From: a virus
Length of the DNA: 64,000 bases
Strand: one strand, 5' to 3'
IMG/VR virus record: IMGVR_UViG_3300009103_001660
Location: 1 to 64,000 of that record
This document shows positions 18,174-27,187 of this stretch, piece after piece (position 1 is the first letter of the stretch; each line of letters starts with the position of its first letter). Both the position numbers and the translations under genes were made by a program. Under the pieces are notes generated by a model. That model did no database searches and was not told the DNA's origin. It saw only the letters and a program-made list of their open reading frames with translations.

Positions 18174-20533
18174 GACTCACAATTATCTCCATCTATGGAG
18201 CATGAGCCCTCCTGCTCTACCGAGTCTTTCTTGCTGGGCGTGCTAGAGCCTACCCCTAACCCCTTTAGAGCCTCCGCCTTTGCTAGGGTTCTTAGATAGT
18301 ACATGCCAGTTTTAAGCTTTTTATTCCAAGTATAAAAAAGTGCAGAGTTAAGCATGCCTATGTTAACATCCTTCATGAATAAATTCATAGATTGTGATTG
18401 GCATATGTAGATCGCCCTGTCCGCCGCCATATCTATAAGCGACTTCTGTGGAATTTCCCACACTGTCCTATAGATGGATTTAATGTCGTCTGGTATCTCG
18501 TCAATGCCTTGTATAGAGCCGTTACTTTCAAACATTTTCAGCCTAAGTTCATCATTCCACAGGTTTAGCTTAATTAAATCATTAATTAAATATTTGTTTA
18601 TTACTACGAATTCACCCCCCAAGGTGTTCCTTTTATACATGTTGCTGGTGAATGGCTCGAAGCATTCATTGTTCCCGAGTATTTGGGCTGTTGATGCAGT
18701 GGGCATTGGGGCTAACAGTAATGAGTTTCTAGCTCCATGCTTTATAGTTTGCTCCTTTAGCTTTTCCCAGTCGTACTTATCGCTAGGTTTCGCGCCCCAT
18801 AAGTCAAACTGAAATAGTCCCTGTGATAGCGGAGAACCTTTAAAGGTTTCATACGGCTTATCCTTTTTCGCTATCTCCACCGACGCTGTCATTGCTGAAA
18901 AATATATATTTTCAAATATATCTTTATTAAGCTGTCTCGCCTCTTCTGAATCAAACGGATATCCGAATGTGGCAAATGTATCCGCTAACCCCTGTATTCC
19001 TATGCCTATCGGCCTGTGCTTGAGGTTAGATATTTTTGTTCCCTCCGTTGGGTAAAAGTTAATATCGATAATCCTGTTGAGGTTATGAACAATCTGCTTT
19101 GTTACTTGTGAGAGCTTATCAAAGTCAAACTTTAACCCCTGTTTATTCTTGGAAGAGTCGATCATCTTGGGTAGAGCTATTGACGCTAGGTTGCAGACCG
19201 CCTGCTCTTCGTCGTCACTGTATTCTATAATCTCTGTACAAAGATTTGATGACTTTATAACACCCAAGTTTTTCTGGTTAGACTTTCTATTTGCCGCATC
19301 TTTAAAAAGAACATACGGGGTTCCTGTTTCTATTTGAGCCTTTAAGATTTCTGTCCACAAATGTCTAGCTTTGATGGTTTTTTTTGCAAGTCCATCTTTT
19401 TCATACTTTTCGTAAAGCTCGGTAAAGCCCTTGCTTTCGTGTGCATCATATGAGTCCGATAGGCCCGTAGCTTCCGATGGACAAAAAAGGCTCCAGTCGC
19501 CATCATCCCTAATCCTTTGCATAAACAAATCTGGTATCCAAAGGGCTAGGAATAAATCTCTGGCCCTTAACTCTTCTTTGCCGTGGTTTTTTCTTAATTC
19601 TATGAATTCGTAAATGTCTGAGTGCCAAGGCTCTAGGTATATAGCAAAAGAGCCTTTTCGTTTGCCGCCTTGGTTGATCCATCTAGCTACCTCGTTGTAG
19701 GTTTTCATCATTGGCGTAAGACCATCAGACTTCCCGCCAGTGCCCTTAATGTAACTCCCTTGAGACCTAACGTCGTGGACGTGCAATCCTACGCCGCCAG
19801 CCCATTTTGATATATGGGCAACATCTTTAATCGTATCAAACAGTCCTTCTATAGAGTCCCCCTTATTGCCTAACAAGAAGCATGACGCGAGCTGGCTCCT
19901 TTTTGTCCCAGCGTTAAACAGGGTTGGGGTGGCGTGCGTAAAGTACCCTTGGGATAAGAGATCATATGTTTTTTGGACCATCTCCATGTTATCACCCCAG
20001 ATCCCTAAAGCAATGCGCATGTACATATACTGTGGGCGCTCAACTATTTCATCATTAGCTTTAAGTAGATAGCTCCTCTCTAGAGTTTTATATCCAAAGA
20101 AATCAAAATTAAAGTCTCTGTCGTCGACTATCATTGAGTCTATTTTTCTTGGGTGCTTTTTTAAGAGAGAGTATATCTTTTTAGAGAGTATACTTATCTT
20201 GTCCCCAGTCCTGTTGCACTTAAATTTATTAACTTTTTCAGCGTAGCCGCTAAATTTTTTCTCTGTAACTTTGTGTAGAGAGCTAATGGCTATTCTGCCA
20301 GCTAGTGATGAGTAGTCTGGGTGCGTCGTTGACATGCTAGCGGAAGTTTCCGAGGCGAGCCTGTCTATTTCGGTTGTCGTTATGCCGTCATACATACCGT
20401 TAATTGTTTTCATCGCCACCTCCGTGTAGTCGACGTAATCCGTGTTTAGCCCGTAAGTCATCTTCTTTATTCGGGCGGAAATTTTATCAAATTTTACAGA
20501 CTCTCTTGATTTATCTCTTTTCGTAACTTCCAT
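18161..20533 (-). CDS. nrdA: Ribonucleotide reductase class Ia alpha subunit (N-terminal ATP cone)
   Basis: VTKRD ATP cone, ATPTLFNAG, ASCFLL, SNLCTEI, CNLAS, APMPTASTAQI, GMYYLR, C-terminal CESC. 790 aa with no intein. Confidence 0.97.
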   Translation of the reverse strand: MEVTKRDKSRESVKFDKISARIKKMTYGLNTDYVDYTEVAMKTINGMYDGITTTEIDRLASETSASMSTTHPDYSSLAGRIAISSLHKVTEKKFSGYAEKVNKFKCNRTGDKISILSKKIYSLLKKHPRKIDSMIVDDRDFNFDFFGYKTLERSYLLKANDEIVERPQYMYMRIALGIWGDNMEMVQKTYDLLSQGYFTHATPTLFNAGTKRSQLASCFLLGNKGDSIEGLFDTIKDVAHISKWAGGVGLHVHDVRSQGSYIKGTGGKSDGLTPMMKTYNEVARWINQGGKRKGSFAIYLEPWHSDIYEFIELRKNHGKEELRARDLFLALWIPDLFMQRIRDDGDWSLFCPSEATGLSDSYDAHESKGFTELYEKYEKDGLAKKTIKARHLWTEILKAQIETGTPYVLFKDAANRKSNQKNLGVIKSSNLCTEIIEYSDDEEQAVCNLASIALPKMIDSSKNKQGLKFDFDKLSQVTKQIVHNLNRIIDINFYPTEGTKISNLKHRPIGIGIQGLADTFATFGYPFDSEEARQLNKDIFENIYFSAMTASVEIAKKDKPYETFKGSPLSQGLFQFDLWGAKPSDKYDWEKLKEQTIKHGARNSLLLAPMPTASTAQILGNNECFEPFTSNMYKRNTLGGEFVVINKYLINDLIKLNLWNDELRLKMFESNGSIQGIDEIPDDIKSIYRTVWEIPQKSLIDMAADRAIYICQSQSMNLFMKDVNIGMLNSALFYTWNKKLKTGMYYLRTLAKAEALKGLGVGSSTPSKKDSVEQEGSCSIDGDNCESCGS

Positions 20534-20539
20534 TTTTAT

Positions 20540-21592
20540 TTATCCTTCTTTTCCTATATATTCATGACTCCAGCATATGCGTTTATTGTCCGCATAGTGC
20601 CCCTTGTAGACGTTTTTATGGTTAACGTCTGTCCTGAGCCTTCGATTTTTGCTTGTACCCTTCCACAGCGGGGACTTTTCTCTATAAATGCCCATTCTGG
20701 GGTGGGCGGTTCTGGAATAGTATCTCTTTCCATTATCAATATACATCTGACCAATAGCGTCGGAAAGCCTAGTACCTAGGCCAAGTCCTTGGTAGTCTGG
20801 AAATATAACCGTCCTGTGTCCCCTAAACGCGTTCTTTATATATCCGTTCGGCATAGATAAAACAGCACAAAATCCAACCAAATTATCATTCCAAAAAGCA
20901 AGGTAACACCTCGCAGCTTTATTTAGAGAATGATCTAGATAGTGAAACTTTTTAAAAATTTCCCAATGCTTCCAACTTCCCTCACGGATATCGATTTTAA
21001 CTTTTGGGCGTCGATGAAGATACCTCCCGTTATAGAACTCTCCGTTCAATGTATCAAAAACCCAATCTGGCTCAAGCCAGTCCAAAATATCATAATGACA
21101 TGTAGCAAAAATTATTTTCTTTAAGTCTTTTTTATCTACATATTTTCTCACGGAGGTACACATTGCCTTTGCCACGTTTCTGTCCACAACACTTGTAAAT
21201 TCATCGATGGCTGCTCCAGATCTTAATTGTCTGGCTAGGTCAGCCCTGAATCTTTCTCCAGTGGAGAGAAGGCTGTACGGCTTTACCCAGCTGGGTATAG
21301 TATTTAATCCAACCGCTGTTAGCTTGTCTATAGCCTCCTCAGGGGATAAGAAATGATTTGCGACGGGGTCTTCGGAAACCCAAAGCGGACTATCCCCAAT
21401 CGAGAACTCGCCGAGCAGGGTGGACTTTCCGCTTCCACTTGGACCAACAATAACACCTATGGCGTAGTCATCTGGGAGCTTTGGCAGCTCATAAATTTCG
21501 GTGACTATTTCATTCTGAAATGAGAAATCAAACGCTTCTGTTATAGCGTCCGTAAACTCGTCTCTTTCTACCTTGCATTTTAATAATTTCAT
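20540..21592 (-). CDS. ABC-type ATPase fused to a GNAT acetyltransferase
   Basis: Walker A GPSGSGKS, signature LSTGE, Walker B IDEF, H-loop ATCHYD, then GNAT motif A VIFPDYQGLGLG. Start revised to ATG 21592, which overlaps the nrdB stop (TGATG). Confidence 0.85.
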   Translation of the reverse strand: MKLLKCKVERDEFTDAITEAFDFSFQNEIVTEIYELPKLPDDYAIGVIVGPSGSGKSTLLGEFSIGDSPLWVSEDPVANHFLSPEEAIDKLTAVGLNTIPSWVKPYSLLSTGERFRADLARQLRSGAAIDEFTSVVDRNVAKAMCTSVRKYVDKKDLKKIIFATCHYDILDWLEPDWVFDTLNGEFYNGRYLHRRPKVKIDIREGSWKHWEIFKKFHYLDHSLNKAARCYLAFWNDNLVGFCAVLSMPNGYIKNAFRGHRTVIFPDYQGLGLGTRLSDAIGQMYIDNGKRYYSRTAHPRMGIYREKSPLWKGTSKNRRLRTDVNHKNVYKGHYADNKRICWSHEYIGKEG

Positions 21593-22560
21593 CAGAACGC
21601 ACAATCAAAGGTAAGCTCGGACCTTTCTTCCCCCACTCCATTTTTAGCATATTCCGCCACTCTTTTCTCAAAAAAGTTAGTTTTATTCTGTAGGGCAATG
21701 TTTTGCATAAAGTCGAAGGGGTTGCTTACGTTGTACATTTTTTCGCAGTGAAGAGACTCTAACAGTCTGTCTGTTACGTATTCTAGATATGTTTTCATTA
21801 ATGAAGAGTTCATTCCAATTAGATCCACGGGTAGGGAGTCTGTTATAAACTCCTTTTCAATTTCAAGTGCAGAGGTTAAGATTTCTGAAATTCTTTCTTG
21901 GCTGACTTTATCGCTTATGTGGTTGTTATGCAGGTGACACGCAAAATCGCAGTGTAAAGCCTCGTCTCTTGAGATAAGCTCATTGGAAAAGCTTAAACCT
22001 GGCATGAGGCCTCTCTTCTTGAGCCAAAAAATAGAACAAAAACTTCCGCTAAAGAAAATGCCCTCAACCGCAGCGAAGGCTATTAATCTTTCAGCAAAGC
22101 TATCTGAGTCTATCCACTTGAGTGCCCACTCTGCTTTTTTTTGTACACAAGGGATGGTTTCTATGGCTTTGAAATATTTTTCTTGCTCCTGTGGGTCTTT
22201 AACGTAAGTATCAATTAGAAGAGAATAGGTCTCGCTATGAATATTCTCCATCATTATTTGAAATCCGTAAAAGAATTTGGCCTCTGGGTACTGAACTTCG
22301 TTGACAAAATTCTCTGCTAGGTTTTCGTTTACTATCCCGTCAGAGGCTGCAAAGAAGGCGAGGACATTTTTTACAAAGTGTTTTTCGCCGTCATTTAACC
22401 TCTCGAAGTCTTCGACATCCTGCTTCAAGTCTATCTCTTCAGCCGTCCAAAAGCTTGCCTCTTGTTTTTTATAGAACTCCCATATGTCTGCGTGCTTAAT
22501 GGGGAAGATTACGAACCTGTTTGGATTTTCTTGTAGGATTTTTTCTTGTGAAACGCTCAT
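21592..22560 (-). CDS. nrdB: Ribonucleotide reductase class Ia beta subunit
   Basis: [28 protein letters not shown] (radical Tyr), [22 protein letters not shown]. Confidence 0.97.
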   Translation of the reverse strand: MSVSQEKILQENPNRFVIFPIKHADIWEFYKKQEASFWTAEEIDLKQDVEDFERLNDGEKHFVKNVLAFFAASDGIVNENLAENFVNEVQYPEAKFFYGFQIMMENIHSETYSLLIDTYVKDPQEQEKYFKAIETIPCVQKKAEWALKWIDSDSFAERLIAFAAVEGIFFSGSFCSIFWLKKRGLMPGLSFSNELISRDEALHCDFACHLHNNHISDKVSQERISEILTSALEIEKEFITDSLPVDLIGMNSSLMKTYLEYVTDRLLESLHCEKMYNVSNPFDFMQNIALQNKTNFFEKRVAEYAKNGVGEERSELTFDCAF

Positions 22561-22658
22561 GCTTATCTATATACATTCATCTATTTAATTTTTGTAAAAA
22601 AAAAGTAGAAACTATTTTTTTTATAGTACATCGTTGATAACGGTGTACCGTAATATCT

Positions 22659-22685
22659 AAAAAAGGGGGCTACGGAGGCCCCCTT
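22659..22685 (-). terminator. Rho-independent terminator
   Basis: Minus strand GGGGGC-CTCCGTA-GCCCCC followed by TTTTTT, downstream of the 22716 gene. Confidence 0.8.
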
Positions 22686-22715
22686 GTGTATTGTGTTAGG
22701 ACATCAATTTTAATT

Positions 22716-22907
22716 TTACTTTTCGTTTGATGGAGTAGTTTTTACTTCGCCCCTAACGAGGGGGAGTGTTAGACTCGCCCCTCCAGTTCCAGCACTAGCC
22801 CCCACAACGGCCTCCTCATTAGCCTGAGGGCCTAGGGTTACTGTGCTTGTACAACCTGACACTACGAATAGTAGTGTCCCTGCTAGAAGAATTACTTTAT
22901 GTTTCAT
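22716..22907 (-). CDS. Small predicted lipoprotein
   Basis: MKHKVILLAGTLLFVVSGC: basic N-terminus, hydrophobic core, lipobox VSGC. Start revised to ATG 22907. Confidence 0.7.
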   Translation of the reverse strand: MKHKVILLAGTLLFVVSGCTSTVTLGPQANEEAVVGASAGTGGASLTLPLVRGEVKTTPSNEK

Positions 22908-22918
22908 CTGTTGAAATA

Positions 22919-22947
22919 ATAGTAGCGTCATACCTTATGCATTGCAA
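22919..22947 (-). promoter_or_regulatory. sigma70-like promoter
   Basis: TTGCAA-17 nt-TACTAT, 11 nt before ATG 22907. Confidence 0.55.
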
Positions 22948-22975
22948 TGATTTTCTTGATCTTTTTTCATTTGTT

Positions 22976-22990
22976 GGTGTATATAAGAGT
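22976..22990 (+). promoter_or_regulatory. GTGTA-type motif
   Basis: GGTGTA-TATAAGAGT-ATG(22991); 9-nt spacing after GTGTA. Confidence 0.55.
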
Positions 22991-23284
22991 ATGCCTTTAG
23001 AATTTAGAGATACTGGGTTTCCTCGGGGTGGGGGAAAAGTAAACTGTTACCAAGGTTCGGCCGATTCATTTGCTGCTGGAGCCGACGAGAAGTACCTTAT
23101 AATTTCCGTGACAAACGCTAATAATTCGGCTCAGTATGTTAGTTTTACCCAAGCTGGAGCGGCGAACTTACACGTGCCAGCCAATGGGGTAATAAATTTT
23201 TCAATACCTTTTGAAGTGAGTGACTTTGAGATGTCAACAGCTAGCAATATGAGTGTCGTCTTTGCTGTCGTTCCGAAGCACTAA
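22991..23284 (+). CDS. Hypothetical beta-rich protein (97 aa, possible virion component)
   Basis: MPLEFRDTGFPRGGGK...; start revised from 22847 to ATG 22991, which removes the overlap with the lipoprotein and follows a GTGTA motif. Confidence 0.65.
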   Translation: MPLEFRDTGFPRGGGKVNCYQGSADSFAAGADEKYLIISVTNANNSAQYVSFTQAGAANLHVPANGVINFSIPFEVSDFEMSTASNMSVVFAVVPKH

Positions 23285-23637
23285 ACCTTATTAAAGTCGT
23301 TATCTAGGGGTGGAGGTTTTTTGCCCTTGTGTCTTTTTGCGTATGCTGCGTCGTGCTTTTCTTTAACTGTATCTTTCCCTTCTCTATCTTTCCTTTTTTC
23401 GTGCATCTCCCGAGAGAGACTCCACATATCCCCTAGGGTCATGCCCTCCTTGGCGGTGGCTTTTACAAAGTCTTTTGAGGAAAAAGCGTTGATTTTTCCA
23501 TCTACATTAAAGTTTGTTGGGGTGAAGACCCTGTTCCAAGTTACGCCGTCTTCATCTATATAAAAATGGTCTTCGGTAATTTTTTGAAAAACCTCTTTAA
23601 CCTCCCCTGTCTCTGGATGCTCAAAAAGATAAATCAT
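23281..23637 (-). CDS. Hypothetical protein (FmdB-like N-terminus lacking Cys)
   Basis: MIYLFEHPETGEVKEVFQ...WNRVF; start coupled to the GT4 stop (ATGA-type overlap). Confidence 0.65.
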   Translation of the reverse strand: MIYLFEHPETGEVKEVFQKITEDHFYIDEDGVTWNRVFTPTNFNVDGKINAFSSKDFVKATAKEGMTLGDMWSLSREMHEKRKDREGKDTVKEKHDAAYAKRHKGKKPPPLDNDFNKV

Positions 23638-24716
23638 TTGCTTAAGATGTTCGTGATTGCATTAAGGGTCTGCTCGTAGGTAAACCTTTGCTTGAGTTTT
23701 TCTCCCGCCTCGTTGGTTTTATTTTTTTCTACCCGCCTGACTGCCTCTTCACACGCGAAGATAAAGTCGTCCTCTTTAAAGTCTTCTATGTATCCTTGGT
23801 TATACTTGTCTCCCTTCTTGAAGAAGATGTTATCATACGCTTCAAGCTTACCATTGGGCTCTATTAGGACAGCTATTTCTTCGTCAACCCAGTCCTTGTA
23901 TCCTCTGCAATTTAGAATTACTAAATGTTTACCTAAACATGCGGATTGAAATTCTGGTAGGCCCCAGCCCTCTCCCCCAGAACCCCCCAGAAAAATGTCT
24001 GCGGAGTTAAGAAAGTCGTTGTACTGAGAATTCTTCTCCATGGTGGGGAGAAAGTTCACATTAAAGTACTTTTTGTTTTCACAAATTTGCCCGACTGCGG
24101 TGTTATTGTCTTGTGGGCTAAAAAATGGATTGTATATGGCACACTGAAGTGCGTATCTCTTGTCGTTTCCATACTTTTTGATCCAAGCCTTAATCATCTT
24201 CATGTGGTGCTTACGCTTTTCGAGCTTGCCGCCAATATTGAAGGTTATTCTATCGTCCGTATGGTACTCTTTATCTTTTTTATAAAAATTGTGAGAGTCA
24301 AATCCTAGTGGTATATGCTCGCACTCAGCGCCATACTCCTTAAATACTTCTACGGTGTGCTTTGAAGAAAATGCCGTTCTTACATTTTTGACTACATTAA
24401 GTTCCGCTTTGGTTGGAGAATCTAATTCATAAAATGAAAGTAAAACTTCATTATCTGAATATGAGTGGAGTGAACCGTTTAGATGCCACAGCCTGAAGGT
24501 TGGTGTTTTAAGATCGTGCTCCTCAAGGAATTTGTCTACACCTGAGCGCAGATATTTAGTAAAAGCCTCGTCGTGCTTTTGGCAACCCAAATCAACCGCG
24601 TCCCCTATCGGGAGGATTAGAGAATCGTAACCCTTTTTGTAAGCCTCCCGCAGGATAGCCGTAGAGACTTGTCCAAAGGAGACGGAGTTGATTGGGCAGT
24701 TAAAAGATAGCTTCAT
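23634..24716 (-). CDS. Glycosyltransferase family 4 (GT-B)
   Basis: IPLGFDSHNF, FNIGGKLEKRKH, DIFLGGSGGEGWGLPEFQSACLG (ExxGLP...E). Confidence 0.85.
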   Translation of the reverse strand: MKLSFNCPINSVSFGQVSTAILREAYKKGYDSLILPIGDAVDLGCQKHDEAFTKYLRSGVDKFLEEHDLKTPTFRLWHLNGSLHSYSDNEVLLSFYELDSPTKAELNVVKNVRTAFSSKHTVEVFKEYGAECEHIPLGFDSHNFYKKDKEYHTDDRITFNIGGKLEKRKHHMKMIKAWIKKYGNDKRYALQCAIYNPFFSPQDNNTAVGQICENKKYFNVNFLPTMEKNSQYNDFLNSADIFLGGSGGEGWGLPEFQSACLGKHLVILNCRGYKDWVDEEIAVLIEPNGKLEAYDNIFFKKGDKYNQGYIEDFKEDDFIFACEEAVRRVEKNKTNEAGEKLKQRFTYEQTLNAITNILSK

Positions 24717-25003
24717 TAAACAAGCTCTTCTTCACTCACCTTCTGTTCTTGGGCGGACGCTTGCTGGGTAGATTCCTGCTCGCGCTCCTCCTTACTTTTC
24801 GAGATATATACCCTGAAGTCTGGGTGAGTCTCTTTCGATTTGTTCTTGTTGGAGAATACCACCACATTAAGCTCTTCAGCGCCCTGCGGGATCTTCTCAG
24901 TTTTTAGTCGACCGACCAAGTATTTTTGATTTACTCCGTCGCGTTTCCACATAGCTCCGATTTCTCGTTGCTCCCATGTATTTTCTTTTTTATCTTCGCT
25001 CAT
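24716..25003 (-). CDS. DUF736-like protein (possible ssDNA-binding) with acidic tail
   Basis: IGAMWKR...KYLVG...VVFSNKNK...PDFRVY. Start revised to ATG 25003. Confidence 0.65.
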   Translation of the reverse strand: MSEDKKENTWEQREIGAMWKRDGVNQKYLVGRLKTEKIPQGAEELNVVVFSNKNKSKETHPDFRVYISKSKEEREQESTQQASAQEQKVSEEELV

Positions 25004-25040
25004 GATATAATAGTTAACTAATAGTTCGTTAGTTAATGTA

Positions 25041-25069
25041 ACTATATGCCAGCACCAGCATTTAGTCAA
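25041..25069 (-). promoter_or_regulatory. sigma70-like promoter
   Basis: TTGACT-17 nt-TATAGT, 37 nt before ATG 25003. Confidence 0.6.
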
Positions 25070-25638
25070 ATAGATTTTTTGTCATTTAAGCTTTTTTTAA
25101 TTATTTCTCTGCCCTTGCTGTGGAGGTTAATTATGGTTTGGGATGTTAGGTTAAACCTTTCTCCTATTGTTTTCCACGTCGGGCGCTTTTTCGATGAATG
25201 AAGATATCTCATTTTAAATATTTTGGGTATTCTTTTATCGGGTTGATCTTCTAGGACTGTAAAAATGTGATCTATATCCACCCTAAGCTTTTCGTTGTCG
25301 TAATTCTCCATTGATTTTGCAGTAAAAAGAAGATGGGTTGTTTCCTCGTCGTTCGAATCAACATATTTGCTTTCTGCTTTCGTGTAGTTCAAGCAGTAAT
25401 ACCTAGTACAGTTGCCCAGCCAAGTAGAAAATTTAGTTTTTTTATCTTTGTTAAAGCTGTTTAACGATTTAAAAAAAACGTAATGTATGTCCGAGTGTAT
25501 ATCTTCGTGCTTAGAGGCGGTTACGTACTTATTACAAATAGAATAATATAACTTACAGTGCCGACGAAGAAGTTCTGAAAAACTATCGCTGCAATTCTGT
25601 TTTTTTATTTTTTTTATTAAGCTGTAGTCTGTTTCCAT
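25066..25638 (-). CDS. Phage RNA polymerase sigma factor (sigma70 family, regions 2 and 4 only)
   Basis: Region 2 FFKSLNSFNKDKKTKFSTWLGNCTRY; region 4 KIFKMRY...TWKTIGERFNLTSQTIINLHSKG. Probable start METDYSL at 25638. Confidence 0.8.
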   Translation of the reverse strand: METDYSLIKKIKKQNCSDSFSELLRRHCKLYYSICNKYVTASKHEDIHSDIHYVFFKSLNSFNKDKKTKFSTWLGNCTRYYCLNYTKAESKYVDSNDEETTHLLFTAKSMENYDNEKLRVDIDHIFTVLEDQPDKRIPKIFKMRYLHSSKKRPTWKTIGERFNLTSQTIINLHSKGREIIKKSLNDKKSI

Positions 25639-26210
25639 TTGGATAACCATCGTATAAATTTATCTACGTGGATATCTAAAGCGCTCTTGTCGCTAACGTA
25701 CTCCCAGTCTACAGTGTAATCTGCAGCTTTTTCAACATATTCAGTATGCTCTTTCTCTTCTTCATTTGGGGCCTTTTTATATATTCTGGCACCCTCATTG
25801 TGATCAACTACATACTGAGATATGTAAACCAAGCACCCGTTTAGTTCGTGTTTTAACCAGTGAACTTCATCTTTTTCAAAAAAATTATACCTTATGTCTG
25901 TAATACAAACATTCTGCTTCAGGGGAAGAATTTCTCCATTCAGCCTTTCAATATAATGTCGCCCTAAAGATTCCGCTCGCCTAGCTTTTCCGTAATTAAC
26001 CAAGAAGGGCCTGACGACATCCTTCTCTTTCCTTGTACAGTTCGTTATGTCTATCCCGTGGTCTCTTAGAATTTTTTTTCTAAGGTCAGATTTAAGTGCG
26101 TCTGCTAACGCGTGTCTTTTGATATCTATTTTTTCTGAGAGTTTCTGGCAGAATAAGTCTTTACCCACGCCAGCATATCCACTAAGTCCTATAACCATAT
26201 GTTTAGACAT
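25617..26210 (-). CDS. Deoxynucleoside monophosphate kinase-like P-loop kinase
   Basis: VIGLSGYAGVGKD, ADALK, RPFLVNYG...R, ITDIRY..E (T4 gp1/T5 dNMP-kinase pattern). Confidence 0.8.
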   Translation of the reverse strand: MSKHMVIGLSGYAGVGKDLFCQKLSEKIDIKRHALADALKSDLRKKILRDHGIDITNCTRKEKDVVRPFLVNYGKARRAESLGRHYIERLNGEILPLKQNVCITDIRYNFFEKDEVHWLKHELNGCLVYISQYVVDHNEGARIYKKAPNEEEKEHTEYVEKAADYTVDWEYVSDKSALDIHVDKFIRWLSKWKQTTA

Positions 26211-26216
26211 CATTGA

Positions 26217-26245
26217 ATATTACTCCTAATCCAGAGGATATGCAA
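26217..26245 (-). promoter_or_regulatory. sigma70-like promoter, leaderless
   Basis: TTGCAT-17 nt-TAATAT, 6 nt before ATG 26210. Confidence 0.65.
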
Positions 26246-26253
26246 GTTTTTAA

Positions 26254-26682
26254 CCGAATTCGTTTTCGGCATGATACTATGCTTTTCTGGAAAGGGGTAC
26301 AATAACCCCGTAAAAACGGGGCTGGTGGCATGCGACATGCTTTTCTTGGACCCTGTTATTAATCTGATGGGGCATTCAGCGCACACATGCATTTGGAATA
26401 ATCCAAAGCCGTCTACCTTTTTATAGGTTGGGAAACTATGCTTAAAAACCCATTACAACGACTAACCCTAGCTCTTGGCTACACGGCGGGTCAACTCCGA
26501 CAGGTATTACCTATCAGTTTTTTATATGAGGGCATGACTCCTCATGATAGTTCATTCCCTTAGCTGTGGACTCCTACCAAAGTCCTGACTGGCGTATAGC
26601 CTTTCGGGGTGCTCCCTAGTCTCACTAACGGAAAACTCCACAGATTCCTCCCTGCGAGCTTAAAAAGGATTCGTACCTTTTT
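26254..26682 (-). ncRNA. Candidate structured non-coding element (RNA or origin)
   Basis: The longest gene-free stretch in the window, with at least six inverted repeats (26254-26269, 26306-26321, 26499-26515, 26526-26545, 26568-26585, 26662-26682). No family recognised. Confidence 0.3.
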
Positions 26683-27105
26683 TTATAAAAAATCTTTATT
26701 TTCTTTTTCGTGTTCCGACAAGGCTAAGTTACAAATTGCTAGTAAATTTGTAATGTCCTTTTCTGTTATATCTTTGGGATCACACCTGTCCGCATCATCC
26801 CCAGTCATTTCACAAAAGTTATTAATAATGTTAGACATACCCATCGCAACCCCAGAGCCTACAGAAACATTTTGAGGTATGCTTTCGAAGGGTCTCTTTA
26901 AAATCCAATATTTTTTATCATCCCAAACAGAAACGGAAACTAAAGAACTAGACTCATAGTCTTTGAGTGCAGACAAAAATGCAGCCCTATCGTCCTCTGG
27001 GGTATCCGAAACTAGAACTATTTTAGGGAAATCCCTGTTAATTTCGAAGCTATGATGCTCGCTAAACCATTTATATAATTCAATCTCTGCATCGAATACA
27101 GTCAT
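26683..27105 (-). CDS. Hypothetical protein (140 aa)
   Basis: Start revised from 27372 to ATG 27105 (MTVFDAEIELY), which lies just after a sigma70 -10 box and avoids overlapping the + gene at 27188. Confidence 0.75.
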   Translation of the reverse strand: MTVFDAEIELYKWFSEHHSFEINRDFPKIVLVSDTPEDDRAAFLSALKDYESSSLVSVSVWDDKKYWILKRPFESIPQNVSVGSGVAMGMSNIINNFCEMTGDDADRCDPKDITEKDITNLLAICNLALSEHEKENKDFL

Positions 27106-27112
27106 TAATTGA

Positions 27113-27141
27113 ATTATGCTTCTTATCCCTTCTAAAATCAA
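27113..27141 (-). promoter_or_regulatory. sigma70-like promoter, leaderless (divergent pair)
   Basis: TTGATT-17 nt-CATAAT, 7 nt before ATG 27105. Confidence 0.65.
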
Positions 27142-27152
27142 GAAAAAAGTTT

Positions 27153-27181
27153 TTGACTTATACTGGGGGTAGTGATAAACT
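27153..27181 (+). promoter_or_regulatory. sigma70-like promoter, leaderless (divergent pair)
   Basis: TTGACT-17 nt-TAAACT, 6 nt before ATG 27188. Confidence 0.7.
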
Positions 27182-27187
27182 CTCAAT

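Noticed and set aside
18161-22560. Possible intein or intron in the RNR genes
   Set aside because: Both subunits have ordinary lengths and contiguous motifs; the insert between them is an ABC-GNAT gene, not a homing endonuclease.
26210-26392. 60-aa ORF (MHVCAEC...) in the non-coding region
   Set aside because: No initiation signal, it overlaps the kinase promoter and start, and it crosses several hairpins; likely spurious.
26662-26682. GGTACGAATCC resembling a tRNA T-arm
   Set aside because: No acceptor, D or anticodon arms can be built around it. Kept only as one hairpin of the non-coding region.
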